A stretch of DNA of 64,000 bases from Candidatus Dormiibacterota bacterium (GCA_963799005.1 CAWCVK010000001.1:2081746-2145745); one strand, 5' to 3'. Positions 45,541-56,029 are shown, counted from the stretch's first letter. Notes: generated by a model from the sequence alone, not told the origin. Numbers and translations are program-made.

Positions 45541-46080
45541 TTCGACGATCTGGCTTGATGTCAGGGCGCGCCAATGTATCGAAGAGCACTCACATCGCTC
45601 ACGCTTTCTGGAGACCGGGGGTGCGCTCTTCGGCTGGGCAAGCGGCGATGACACCGTCATCATGCTGGCGTTTGGACCGGGTCCTCGAGCCGAACATCGG
45701 CGACGGAGTTCATGCCGCATCGGGACGACATCGGCGACCAAATGCGATGGGTGTTCCACGCGTCAGAAGGTCGTTGTCGGTATGTCGGGAGTTGGCACAG
45801 CCATCCTCTGGGCCGCGCGATACCTAGTCAAGTCGACACCCGCACCGCTGCAGGCATCGCAGCGCAGGCCGACGTACTCCTCCCGACCCCCGTGCTACTC
45901 ATCAACGCGACCTTCCCGGTTCTCCGCAGCCGCGTTGGCCGGATCCAAGCATTCATATGGGTGAGTTCGACGTCAGTACTGCTGAGGGCGGAGTTGCAGA
46001 CCGCCATGCTCGACATCGGTTGGGCGCCACCCCGATTGACACGGTTGGCTGAAAGCACCGGAGCCCGATACACTGGGTGA
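45525..46080 (+). CDS. cap3: CBASS JAB peptidase, frameshifted
   Basis: ETGGALFG and YVGSWHSHP...PSQVD. Confidence 0.85.
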
Positions 46081-46304
46081 AGCCAGGTGCGTCGAAGGCG
46101 AGCGCTCGATGCGGTTGCCACGTACCCGTGACCATGCGACGCGTTCTCGAGCGCGTTTGGGTCGAATGCCACTCTCACAGACTCTGTGCGAGCTCGAACT
46201 CTGTGCGAGCTTCGCAAGTAACTCTATTCCGGCGGTGGCCCACCACCTTCCGACGCTCAACGTCCCGGGAGCAGTGCGATTCCGCGGTTGCCAGGCTCCC
46301 GGCA

Positions 46305-46600
46305 TGTTCGATCACATAGCGCGAGGGACTGGTGAGGTCTTTGTTCTCGGGGCAGGGTTCTCAAGGGCACTATCACCCGAGATGCCGCTGACCGACGAAA
46401 TGGGCTCGCAAGTAGCGGCCCGGCTCGGCCTCGACCTCAAGTTTGATGGCGGGGCATTTCGAGCTTTGGCTGTCTCGGCTAGCCGAGGATCAGCCGGACC
46501 TGTCTCACGCTGAGAACCTTGCCAGTCGAGCGCAGTTCGCAGAAGCTAGTGACATCGTGGCGAGCGTCGTTGCCGAAGCTGAGGAGGAAGGATAGGAGAA
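46305..46600 (+). pseudogene. Truncated SIR2-like gene
   Basis: VFVLGAGFSRALSPEMPLT, but only about 300 bp remain before the tad promoter region. Confidence 0.6.
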
Positions 46601-46748
46601 GTGAACCGCTCAGGGCGGTTCAGTCTTCCTGAAGTGAAGGGGGTTTCTTCCGCGCTGATGGACCTCGTGGTTCCGTCATCACCATAAGCGCTGCACGGAT
46701 GTGGCGGGGTGTGAGATCTAGCCAGCCTAGAGTCGCACGCCGGCAATC

Positions 46749-46783
46749 TGTAAGCGCTATGTAGGCATCTGATGGAGTAGATT
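46749..46783 (+). promoter_or_regulatory. ICE box promoter 5 (tad operon)
   Basis: TGTAAGCG-CTA-TGTAGGCA, 10 bp, TAGATT, 9 bp, ATG at 46793. Confidence 0.7.
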
Positions 46784-46792
46784 GCTTGAGAC

Positions 46793-47283
46793 ATGCGTCA
46801 GGGGGCGGGGAGGGGAGACGGTCAGGCGATGGTTGAGTTTGCCCTCGTTCTGTCAGTCGTCCTCGCCCTGCTGCTTGGCTGCACCCAGATCGGCTTGTAC
46901 GCGCTCACGAGGGGGACCGCCATCACGGCTGCGGAGCGAGGCATCTACATCGCCGCCGGTGCGGCGGGGAGCCCGACCGGCCCCCCGGCCACCGCCGACG
47001 TGTATTCGGCGATCCGATCGGAGCTGCAGAGCGGCCTGGTCGGCGCCACCCCGCTCCCATGTCGCCGGTGGACGGTGTGTGTCCGGCGCTCAGTGCGTCC
47101 TGGCCGGTGGGCATCGTCTACGTCTGCTCCGTCGCGCATCCCGCCGCCGGCACCGTTGAGGTCGCCATCCGCGGCTGGGTCTCGGCGCTCGTCCCTCCCG
47201 GGTTCGGGCTCGGCTCCTGGCGGACCGGCGCGCTGGCCATCAACATCGACGATGTCGTCCACAGCGCGGTGTTCGCGCCATGA
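46793..47283 (+). CDS. TadE-like pilin, frameshift near 47058
   Basis: GQAMVEFALVL class III signal. Confidence 0.8.
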
Positions 47284-47760
47284 CCGGACGTCACCACAGT
47301 CGCCGCGGCGAGGGAGCGCAGAGCGTGGTGGAGACGGCGCTCGTGCTCCCCTTCCTCATCGTGCTCGCGCTCGGCTTCGCCGGCGCCATCTTCGTGCTCG
47401 ACGCGACCACCGAGCTGCGCTCCGCGACCGGGCTGGCCACGTCGGCGGCATTCAGCGTTCCATACGGAGCCACCAGCTCAGGCGCTCTTCAACATCGACG
47501 ACACCTTCCAGCGCAGCGTGTCGGGGCCGTTCCTCGAGCCCGGATCGCTGCGCATCACCTGCCCGCCGAGTGAGGGCAACCAGTACCTGTACTCGGCGAC
47601 GTACCAGCCGGACACGGTGGTGTCCTGCCACGGCACCGCCACCGTCTCGTTCTCCAACAACCTGATCGGCCTGGTGTGGCGCTGGAATGTGACGCTTCAA
47701 CAGAACGCGCAACTGGTTGCACCGCCGTTCCGGCAGTGCGCACCGAGCGTCACGTGCTGA
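47280..47760 (+). CDS. TadE/TadF-like pilin, frameshift near 47480
   Basis: AQSVVETALVLP. Confidence 0.8.
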
Positions 47761-48188
47761 CGCGCCGCCGAGCCGGAGAACGCGGCCAGGTCATCGTGCT
47801 CACCGCGCTGGTGGTGACCATGGTGCTCGGCGCGCTGCTGGTCGCGGTCGCCGACCTCCTGGTGGAGAGCAGCGAGGCGACCCGCGCCGACACGGCCGCG
47901 TACCTCGGCGCCCAGTCGGGCGCGGACTCGGTCGACACGAGCCAGTTCCCGTCGGGCGTGACATCGAGTGGGCAACTCCGTCTCGGCGCCGATGCGATCA
48001 CCAACTGTGAGCAGGCGGTCGCCGTTGCGGACCCCGGCGCGGTCGCGTCGTGTGTCGTGAGCGGGGACTCGATCACCGTGACCGTGAGCAAGCGGATCCA
48101 GCTGCCGGTGCCGTTCGTCGGTCTCGGCACCACGGTTCGAGCCGTCCATCAGGCCGGTGCCGCGCTCGGCACCGTGCATCCGTATTAG
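47754..48188 (+). CDS. TadG-like pilin
   Basis: ERGQVIVLTALVV...ADTAAYLGA. Confidence 0.75.
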   Translation: MLTRRRAGERGQVIVLTALVVTMVLGALLVAVADLLVESSEATRADTAAYLGAQSGADSVDTSQFPSGVTSSGQLRLGADAITNCEQAVAVADPGAVASCVVSGDSITVTVSKRIQLPVPFVGLGTTVRAVHQAGAALGTVHPY

Positions 48189-48208
48189 TCGATAGGGGGA
48201 AGCAGGGG

Positions 48209-48895
48209 ATGCGACGCGGGGCGTTCGTGCTGATCGTGGTGCTCTCACTCGCCGCCGTGAGCGCGGTCGTCTTCACCGCCCTGAGCATCGGCGGCCGGCA
48301 CATCACGGCCTGGGCGATGAGTCAGAACGCGAGTGCCGGCACGCTCATGACGGCCTCCCTGGTGCGCCAGGTGACCATCGCACAGGGATCGGACGACTTC
48401 ACCGTCCTGACCACCAATCCCGCCGGCGAGTACCTCGCGCACTCCGTGTCGGACGGCGATGTGCTCCGGCCCGACGATCTCTTCACCCAATCCATGGTCA
48501 CCGTGCCGCTCGCCTTCAAGAGCATGGCGCCCGGGCTGCAGGCGGGTGACAGTGTCGACATCTACGGCCCGAGCTCCAGCACCCTCGGGGTCGGCACGCC
48601 GGAGGCGCCCGAGGCCGCAGCGGCGGCCGCATCCGGGCAGACCGTGCAGCTGTATGGCCGCGGGATCACCATCGTCGCCGCCGGCAGCGCCACGGCCGTC
48701 CTGGTCCCGGCCGCGTATGAGGGGTTCTGGGTCGACCTCTCCGTCTCGGGCATCGACCTGGTCGCGGTGCAGTCCTCGGGTGTCCAGGTGCCCCGCGGCG
48801 AGACGTACACCCTGCAGCAGGCCGAGCAGATGCTGACGGCGATCGCCAACGGGACCGCAGGGTCCACGCCGGCCGCCGACCCGGCGGCAGGCTGA
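48209..48895 (+). CDS. CpaB/RcpC-like SAF domain protein
   Basis: N-terminal TM, GEYLAHSVSDGDVL, LQAGDSVDIY. Confidence 0.7.
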   Translation: MRRGAFVLIVVLSLAAVSAVVFTALSIGGRHITAWAMSQNASAGTLMTASLVRQVTIAQGSDDFTVLTTNPAGEYLAHSVSDGDVLRPDDLFTQSMVTVPLAFKSMAPGLQAGDSVDIYGPSSSTLGVGTPEAPEAAAAAASGQTVQLYGRGITIVAAGSATAVLVPAAYEGFWVDLSVSGIDLVAVQSSGVQVPRGETYTLQQAEQMLTAIANGTAGSTPAADPAAG

Positions 48896-48897
48896 GC

Positions 48898-49680
48898 GTG
48901 GCGCCGCTGCGCGTCGGTGTCGCGGGCGTCCGAGCCGGCAGCGGGGCAACCGGGTTCGCCGCCGCGCTCGCCTGGTCGTCGGCACGGGATCGCGGGACCA
49001 TGCTCGTGGATGCCGACGGCGCGGGCGGCACGGTGGCGTCGCTGCTGGGCATCGACGACACGCGGTCCCTGGCCAACGTGTACAGCCCGCACGGCATCGC
49101 CACCGCCGAGCTGGAGCGTCAGGCAGTCACGCTCGGCTCGCGCCCGCGGCTTCGGGTGGTTCCCGGTTTTCGCGATCCCGGCCGCCCCGGCTCGCACACC
49201 GCCGAGCTGCTGGTGCCGGCCCTCGAGGGCCTCCCCGAGGAGCTGGTCGTCGTCGACTGCGGCACGCCGTTCGCGTACCCGGATCTGGTCGATGGCGATG
49301 CCGCGGCCCGGGCACTGGGCTTCGCCCTGCACGCGGTCTTCATCGTCGTGCGCGCGGAGTCGGACCTGCTCGACAACGCGGTGCGCACCCTGCGGACGCT
49401 GACCATCCCGCGCGCCCGGCTCGTGCTGGTGCGCCCGGCCCATCGTCGCGGCGTCTCGGAGGCGATCGAACTGCTGCAGGCGGCGCTGCCCGGATATCCG
49501 CTGGCGTGCGAATGGGAGTGGAACGCGGATCGCTGTGTCGCGGCGCGAGCGCGCCGGGAGCCGATCCAGCGCGAGGCGATGGCCGAGGAGCTGGGTCTCT
49601 TCGGATCCGGAACGATCACCTCCGATACCACGCGTCGCCACCGATGGCCGCTGACCCGCCACGGTGCGCCAGTCCGGTGA
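48898..49680 (+). CDS. CpaE/TadZ-like degenerate MinD ATPase
   Basis: AGSGATGFA, LVDADGAGG, VVVDCG. Confidence 0.7.
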   Translation: MAPLRVGVAGVRAGSGATGFAAALAWSSARDRGTMLVDADGAGGTVASLLGIDDTRSLANVYSPHGIATAELERQAVTLGSRPRLRVVPGFRDPGRPGSHTAELLVPALEGLPEELVVVDCGTPFAYPDLVDGDAAARALGFALHAVFIVVRAESDLLDNAVRTLRTLTIPRARLVLVRPAHRRGVSEAIELLQAALPGYPLACEWEWNADRCVAARARREPIQREAMAEELGLFGSGTITSDTTRRHRWPLTRHGAPVR

Positions 49681-51104
49681 TGATCGGCGAGGACCGGCCG
49701 CGCATCGATGCCCGCCGGGTGGCCGGGAACGGGATGGCCTCGCGCGCATGGCCGGAGATTCCCGCGGACATGCTCCCGCTCGTGGAGCAGCTCTGTGGCG
49801 TGCTCCATCGCGAGCGGGGTGATGAGCTCTCCACCACATGGGAGGAGCGCCTTCCCGACCTGGTGAGCGACCTGGTCGAGCGGTCGGTGCATCGCGGCGG
49901 CATGGGGGTCGCACCGGTGCTGGCGGCGCGTCTCGCCGGGGATGCCGCATGGCGCGCCGAGGTGGAGTGGGCGCTGCTGGTCCGAGCCAGCCTGCTCTGG
50001 CCACTCTCCCTGCTCGTCTATGAGGATGTCGAGGACATCCAGTGTCTCGGGGCGGACCGCATCCTGGTCGAGGCCGCGGGTAGCAAGCAGCTGCTGCAAG
50101 GGTCGGGACCCGAAGCATTCAGCGCTCCCACCCGCCGGGAGGCGGACGCCAGGCTCGAGGAGTGGTTTCGCACCCTGCTCAGCTACGCGGGCGTGCAGCC
50201 CCGCACCCAGCTGACCCGTGATCAGCCGCGGGCCGTCGCCACCATGGCGACCGCGGTGGGACAGGTGCGCATCGCCGTCGTTGTCGCCCCCGCCGCGGTG
50301 GGGCGGAACAGCGTCTATGCCTGCCTGCGCATCCCGCGCGTGAGCGGGCCGAGCACACTCGACGAGTTCGTGGCCAACGGCACCATCCCGAGCGGAGTGG
50401 CCGCCTTCCTGCGCGAGTGCGTTCGCGCCCGGCTGAACATGATCATCTCCGGCGGCACCGGCGCGGGCAAGACCACGCTCATGCGCGCGCTCTGCGCCGA
50501 GGTCGCAGACGACGAGACGCTGCTGGTGATCGAGGACAGTCCGGAGCTGGCCCTGGCCCAGGAACGCCCCGACGGCCGAATGGTGCACGAGAACACGATC
50601 ACCATGGCCACCGTGCCCGGCGCCTGGAAGGAACAGGAGGCCCGGGTGAGCATGGAGGATCTGGGGCGCGACGCCCTGCGCTTCCTGCCGTCGCGGATCA
50701 TCGTCGGCGAGGCCCGCGGCGCGGAGATGGCGGACGCCGCCAATGCGATGACCACCGGCCACGAGGGATCGATGGTCAGCGTGCACGCCAACAGCGCCGC
50801 CGAGACCATTCCCAAGGTCGTCAACTACGTGATGATGGCGCCGCGTTTCGCCGGCCAGGTCGAGCTGGCCACGAGGGTCGCGCACCAGGCGATCCACCTC
50901 GTGGTGCACCTCCGCAAATCGCAGCGACTCGGCAGGCGGGCGGTGACCGGGGTGGTCGCATACTCGGCTGACGGCGCCGCGGTCGACGTGTACCGCACGG
51001 ACGAGCACGACGCGCTGGTCCGCCGCGTGCATTCGATCGCCGACCTGCCCCGGCGACTCCAGGAGGCACTTGGCGAGCAGCTCGTCGAGGTGCCGGCGCC
51101 GTGA
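49677..51104 (+). CDS. cpaF: CpaF/TadA pilus assembly ATPase
   Basis: ISGGTGAGKTT, IEDSPEL, RIIVGEARGAE, TGHEGSMVSVHAN. Confidence 0.92.
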   Translation: MMIGEDRPRIDARRVAGNGMASRAWPEIPADMLPLVEQLCGVLHRERGDELSTTWEERLPDLVSDLVERSVHRGGMGVAPVLAARLAGDAAWRAEVEWALLVRASLLWPLSLLVYEDVEDIQCLGADRILVEAAGSKQLLQGSGPEAFSAPTRREADARLEEWFRTLLSYAGVQPRTQLTRDQPRAVATMATAVGQVRIAVVVAPAAVGRNSVYACLRIPRVSGPSTLDEFVANGTIPSGVAAFLRECVRARLNMIISGGTGAGKTTLMRALCAEVADDETLLVIEDSPELALAQERPDGRMVHENTITMATVPGAWKEQEARVSMEDLGRDALRFLPSRIIVGEARGAEMADAANAMTTGHEGSMVSVHANSAAETIPKVVNYVMMAPRFAGQVELATRVAHQAIHLVVHLRKSQRLGRRAVTGVVAYSADGAAVDVYRTDEHDALVRRVHSIADLPRRLQEALGEQLVEVPAP

Positions 51105-52003
51105 TCGCGCTGCTCTTCTTCGAGGTGCTGGTCATCCTCTGCCTCATCGCCGCGATCACGGTGTGGCAGCGGCCGGGCGTGCGTCCCGACGCGGGCGCTG
51201 CGGTCTCGCGCCGGGTCGCTCCCCTGCTCGACGCGGAGCGGGATCTGGCCGCGTCGCTGGGCGTTCCGTTCGCCGTGTGGGCGGCGATTCGGCTCACCCT
51301 GTTCGCCCTCGCCTTGCTCGTGGGGTTGACCAGCGGCGTCGTGGTGATCGCGGTCGTCCTGCTGCTGCTCGGGACGCTGGGCGTGCCCTGGTTGGTGGAG
51401 GACGTGGCCTCGGCGCGGCGATCGCGCGCATATCGCTCGCTGGTCGCGACCGTTCGCGACCTGGCCAACGGTTTGCAGCGCATGGGCAATCTCGACGCCG
51501 TGCTGCGCGAGGTGGCACAGCATCCGCGTCCTGAGCTGCGCGAGCTGCTGACGCCGCTGCAGACGGCGCTCTCGATGGAGGAGGGGCTGCTCGACATGGC
51601 CGAACGCTCCCGTTCCGCATTCGTCGAGGACGTGTGTGTGCTCCTGCTCGCCGGAAGGAGCCGCGATCCGCGCGAGCTCGTCCACCAGCTCCGCGACCAG
51701 GTGATCCCGGAGCTCGAGGAGGACATCGCGCTGCTCGACGCCACCCGCGCCGCGGTGGCGGTGCAACGACGCAGCGCGCAGATGATCGGCGCGGTGCTCG
51801 CGGTGCTCATCGGCGCCTTCAACACCGTCCCGGTGCTGCACGACTTCCTCGTCAGCGTCCAGGGGGAGATCACGCTCGTGATCGCGGCGCTGATCTTCGC
51901 GGGCTCCATCGCCATCATGGGCACCCTGCTGCGCACGCCTCGCCCGGCTCGCTGGGATGTGCGCCTGGTGCGCGCGGAGCTGGGGCGGATCGGTCGTGGC
52001 TGA
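51101..52003 (+). CDS. TadB-like membrane platform protein
   Basis: TM pattern and position after tadA. Confidence 0.75.
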   Translation: MIALLFFEVLVILCLIAAITVWQRPGVRPDAGAAVSRRVAPLLDAERDLAASLGVPFAVWAAIRLTLFALALLVGLTSGVVVIAVVLLLLGTLGVPWLVEDVASARRSRAYRSLVATVRDLANGLQRMGNLDAVLREVAQHPRPELRELLTPLQTALSMEEGLLDMAERSRSAFVEDVCVLLLAGRSRDPRELVHQLRDQVIPELEEDIALLDATRAAVAVQRRSAQMIGAVLAVLIGAFNTVPVLHDFLVSVQGEITLVIAALIFAGSIAIMGTLLRTPRPARWDVRLVRAELGRIGRG

Positions 52004-52901
52004 GGTCTGGCTGCCGTCGCTGCTGCTCGTGACCACGGCCGCATTGGCTGCGCTGGTCCTGGCGCGCAGCGGCGCGTTGCGAACCGCCGAAAGCGCCAGC
52101 ATTCGCCGGGTCCGGGATCGGTTGATGCCCGATCACGGCCGTTGGGCCGCCGTTGTGGCACGCAACCCGATGGCGCGTGCCTTGCAGGATCGATTCGCGA
52201 TCCGGCGGCTGCAGCTGGCCGCCGGTCGCGGCGACACTCAGGCGTTCACACGCCGGGTGGTCGGCATCGCCGCCCTCACGGTCGCCGCCTGCAGCGTCCT
52301 CGACGGCGTGACCGTCCTCGCCGGCGACGGCCTCGTGCTCGCTCCCGCGTTGATCCCGGTCGCAGCCGTCGTCGCGACCGCGCTGAGCGTGGCGAGCCTG
52401 CAACGAGAGGCCCGCCGCCGGCGCGAGACGGCCTCCCTCCAGGTGGCCAAGACCCTGCTGCTCTTCGGGCTGCTGCGCGTGCCCCCGGTGCACAGCCCCG
52501 AGGGGCTGGGTCCTGGAGACCCGCTGCTCGCCCTGGCGCGAAGCATGCGCGACCGCACCCTCGCCGAGATGCTGGGCAGCGACCAGTGGCGTCAGACGAG
52601 TGACGTCCAGCCGCACTCCCGAGCCGAGCTGCTCGAGGCGGTGTCCGCCGCGTACCGCCTCCCCGTGCTGGCGCAGCTGGCTCAGGTGGTGCGAGCGGCC
52701 CAGGAGTATGGAGGCGGTGATCCGGCGACCGAGTACCTCGCCGCCGCGCGCTCGTTCACCGCGCAGCGCCTCGCCGACGCGCGGGTCCGCTTGGGTTCAC
52801 GCACCATCACCGTGCTGGTGCCGATGGTCGGCCTGCTCGCCGCCATCTTCGTGGTCATCTTCTCGGCGGTCGCCTACGCCAGCGCCAACGGCGGGCTCTG
52901 A
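51996..52901 (+). CDS. TadC-like membrane platform protein
   Basis: TM pattern, AQEYGG, C-terminal LVPMVGLL helix. Confidence 0.72.
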   Translation: MAEVWLPSLLLVTTAALAALVLARSGALRTAESASIRRVRDRLMPDHGRWAAVVARNPMARALQDRFAIRRLQLAAGRGDTQAFTRRVVGIAALTVAACSVLDGVTVLAGDGLVLAPALIPVAAVVATALSVASLQREARRRRETASLQVAKTLLLFGLLRVPPVHSPEGLGPGDPLLALARSMRDRTLAEMLGSDQWRQTSDVQPHSRAELLEAVSAAYRLPVLAQLAQVVRAAQEYGGGDPATEYLAAARSFTAQRLADARVRLGSRTITVLVPMVGLLAAIFVVIFSAVAYASANGGL

Positions 52902-53273
52902 GTGCGCCGGCACGCCTCCGTCCTGCTCGCGGTGGTCGGCGGTGTGGCGGTTGCGGCGCTGGTGCTCCCCCGGCCGAACCTCGCTGCGGCGACGGGATTC
53001 GTCAGCGGTGCGGATCCGACCGGGGTGGCCGCGCTGGCCGCCGCCGAGCTGCTGCTCTGGGTTGCACTCCTGGTCGGTGTCGTCCTGGTGCTGGCGCGCA
53101 CGCTGGGCAGCGTCCGCCTTCGGGTGACCTCGACGCGCGTGCTGGCCGGCGTGACGCTCGCGGTATGCCTCGCGATCCTCGGCGTCGGGGTGGCGCGCCA
53201 CAACAGCAACGCATATTCGATGTGCTGCGGCAGTATCAGCCAGGCTCGTCAGCAACTCGCGAAGGCACCATGA
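52902..53273 (+). CDS. Small membrane protein
   Basis: Three hydrophobic segments; translationally coupled within the operon. Confidence 0.6.
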   Translation: MRRHASVLLAVVGGVAVAALVLPRPNLAAATGFVSGADPTGVAALAAAELLLWVALLVGVVLVLARTLGSVRLRVTSTRVLAGVTLAVCLAILGVGVARHNSNAYSMCCGSISQARQQLAKAP

Positions 53274-54967
53274 GCACCACCCGGATGCTGGTCAGCCTCC
53301 TCCCCGCCGAGGAGTCGGATCGGCTCCTGCGCGCGGTCCATGCGCTCCTGCCACCCGTGGTCGACGGCACCATCGCGCTGCTCCGCCCCCCGGAGCCGCA
53401 TCTTGGTGATGCGGCACTTGGGCTCGCCGGCGCAGAGGTGCTGATCGTCCGCAACGCGGGTCACGAAGGATCGGCTGTAAGCGACGCGGCGGACGAACGC
53501 CACCTGGTCTGGTGCCGCGACGACATCGAGGCGGCGGGCATCCCGGCCGGCATGGGGACCGCCGTTGTCGCCGAGAGCCTCGAGGCGCTCGCCTGGGAGC
53601 TGGTGCGACGTCTGAGCGGCGATCTGAGCCCGGGCGGCCATGCGCAGCCGGTGGCGATGTTGCACACGTCAGGCGTTTCCGACGACATCGCTCGAAGCCG
53701 CGAATCTGGCGAGGCATCCTCCACCGCAGCCACCTCACCGCAGCGGCGCAACGGGAGGGTTCCGGCGCCGCCGGCGTGGGCGCGCGGCGTGCTTCCCGGC
53801 AACGGCTCCGATCGCCGACGCGGATGTGCAGACGAGTCGTGAACCGGCACCGGCGGCATCCGGCCCTCCGATCCCCGACCATCGACCGCCGTTCGAACAG
53901 ACCGGCGCGCACGCATCGCGGTTGCCGGTGACTCCGCTCGCGGCCCTGGCGGGCTTGGGGTCCGACCAGCCGTACCGCACGGCTTCCGACGACAGCCGCG
54001 TTCGGGGCGCTGGAAACGCAGGATGCGGCGAACCACCATCTGCCGGCGCGGGGTGGCAGCCGCCTGCGGACGCTCATCGGGCGCGTGGCTCCGTCGCGCC
54101 CACGGCTCCCAGCGCCCGACCTCGCCGGACTCGGCCAGGTCCTGCTCCGCGCCCATTCCACGGTGGTCACGGTCGGCACGCCCAAGGGCGGCCCGGGCAA
54201 GACCACGGAGGCGGCGGCGATCGGGGTCCTGGGTGCCCGCGCCGTCGAGCCACACGGCGGCAGCGCCGTGCTCGTCGACGCCAACCTCAACAACCCCAAC
54301 TCCTGGCGCCAGCTCGCCGTCCCGACTGACGCGCTCACGGTGCGCGAGGTGGTCGAGGCCCTCAACCGGGGCGCACTCGTGCCCAACGGTGAGTTCGCCC
54401 GCAACGAGCGCCTGCGCGTCCTGCCCGAGCGCCGCTCCGCGGGCTCCGCGTACACAGCTGCGGAGATCGACCGGCTGGTGACCCACCTCCGGCTCCGCCA
54501 CACCCTGGTCGTGGTCGACCTGCCCAACACCCTGCCCAGCCTGAGCGAGGGCGCCAAGGAGGCACTGGTCGCCCACTGGCTGGAGCACGCGGATGTCGCG
54601 GTGCTGCCGATCGACCTCGGCGAGGCGTCCTTCATCGCCGCCGGCGAGATCATCGACAGCCATCGATGCCATGGTCGCCGGCTCCAACGGCCGTCTCCCC
54701 AGGCCCGGGCTGGTCGTCCCCCTGCTGCTCCCCGGCGACGGGCGCCGGGCGCTCGAGCTCCCGGCGATCGCCGAGCTCCTCGACCACCTCCGCGCCGCGG
54801 GGGCCGAGATCGTCGAGGTGCCGTTCACCGTCGACGTGCAGACGGCGAGCCATCGGCGCAGCCCCATCGTCGGCGCCTCGCCTCGAACCGATCGCGCGTT
54901 CGCGGGCGTGCTGAGCGCGGTGGTGGCGGCGCGAGAGCGGGCCTCGGCAACCATCCCCCATGGCTGA
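53270..54967 (+). CDS. MinD/ParA-family ATPase with Pro-rich linker, frameshifted
   Basis: PKGGPGKTT, LVDAN, VVVDLP; pieces in ORFs 53165-53842, 53640-54329, 54085-55095 and 54593-54967. Confidence 0.7.
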
Positions 54968-55371
54968 ACGTCGACACACGGCGTCCGTCACCGACCAGGA
55001 CGAACGTGTGCGGCGCATCACGGCCCTGTCCCTGCGCCTGCTCACCGACCTCGCCCGGGGCGGATACGGCGAGCGGCCGGAGCTGGACTACCTGACCCCG
55101 AGCTGCGCGGCGAGCGTGCACGGAGCGCTGGCCGCGATCGGTGGTGATGGGTGGTACGTGGAGACCGACTACGGCGAGGCGGTGGCGGGCACCGCCGACC
55201 TGGACGGCGAGCGATGGGACGGTGCGCGTCGAGCTCCTCGTCGACGACCGCTCCCTGGCCCGCGAGCCCGGAGGTCCGCCGATCGCGCTCCCACCGGCGC
55301 GCTGGCGGCTGACGCTGGCGCTGGACACGCGATGCACCCGCATCACCGCGCTCCGGGCAGAGGCCGCGTGA
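54960..55371 (+). CDS. Hypothetical protein, frameshift near 55220
   Basis: Coupled start and stop; two frames join into one protein-like sequence. Confidence 0.55.
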
Positions 55372-55916
55372 GCACCGGACCGCACGCGCGCTGGTTTCGC
55401 GCCCGCCTGGCGGGAGCCGGCATCATCGACATGGGCGCCGGGGAACACGCCAGCCGGGTGTGGCGGTCGCGACGTGTGCGCCGAGCCCGGGCGACGGCGC
55501 TCGCCGCGGGGGCCGTGCTCGCCCTGGGCTGCGCGACGGCCGGGGTCGTGCTGTCGATCCTCCCGACCGGAGTATCGGTCGCCGATGACGGCGACCACCT
55601 ATCGCATCGGCGATGCCACGCTCCACGCGGTCGCGCCCGGCGTCTACTCCGGTTCGGGGACCCTGGTGCTCGGCCACCGCGGCCCGGACCTCACCGCCGG
55701 CGGATCCGCGGTCGTCAACGGCGCGCGCTGGGTCGCGTTCTGCGAGGTCGCCGCGGGCGGGGCGGCGGAGACGTGCCGCCTGCAGAGCGGGACGCGGACG
55801 CTGACCGCACGCGACGTGTGGTCCGCGGGCACTGGCAGCGCACGTACAGCGACGGTGTGCGCGTTGAGATCGCCGCCGCGCGGGGCGTGCCGGTCCCGTT
55901 CCCGGTGGGGCGCTGA
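55368..55916 (+). CDS. Hypothetical TM-anchored beta-rich protein, frameshifted
   Basis: GTGA overlap, single TM, last gene before the virD4 promoter. Confidence 0.5.
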   Translation: MSTGPHARWFRARLAGAGIIDMGAGEHASRVWRSRRVRRARATALAAGAVLALGCATAGVVLSILPTGVSVADDGDHLSHRRCHAPRGRARRLLRFGDPGARPPRPGPHRRRIRGRQRRALGRVLRGRRGRGGGDVPPAERDADADRTRRVVRGHWQRTYSDGVRVEIAAARGVPVPFPVGR

Positions 55917-55995
55917 GCACACCGCGAAGACGCACGCATGCTCGCGCTGCGATGCAGCGTCGGCGGCCGCACACGATCGGCGAGACGGAGGAAAG

Positions 55996-56029
55996 TGTAA
56001 GCGGCGTGTGAGCGTTTCGTCGGTACGCT
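55996..56029 (+). promoter_or_regulatory. ICE box promoter 6 (virD4)
   Basis: TGTAAGCG-GCG-TGTGAGCG, 9 bp, TACGCT, 8 bp, ATG at 56038. Confidence 0.8.

Noticed and set aside
824-46080. Three JAB-domain genes as one system
   Set aside because: Each fits its own context: host cysteine synthesis, RadC in the leading region and CBASS Cap3.
53476-53483. TGTAAGCG inside the MinD-like gene
   Set aside because: A single intragenic half site with no -10.
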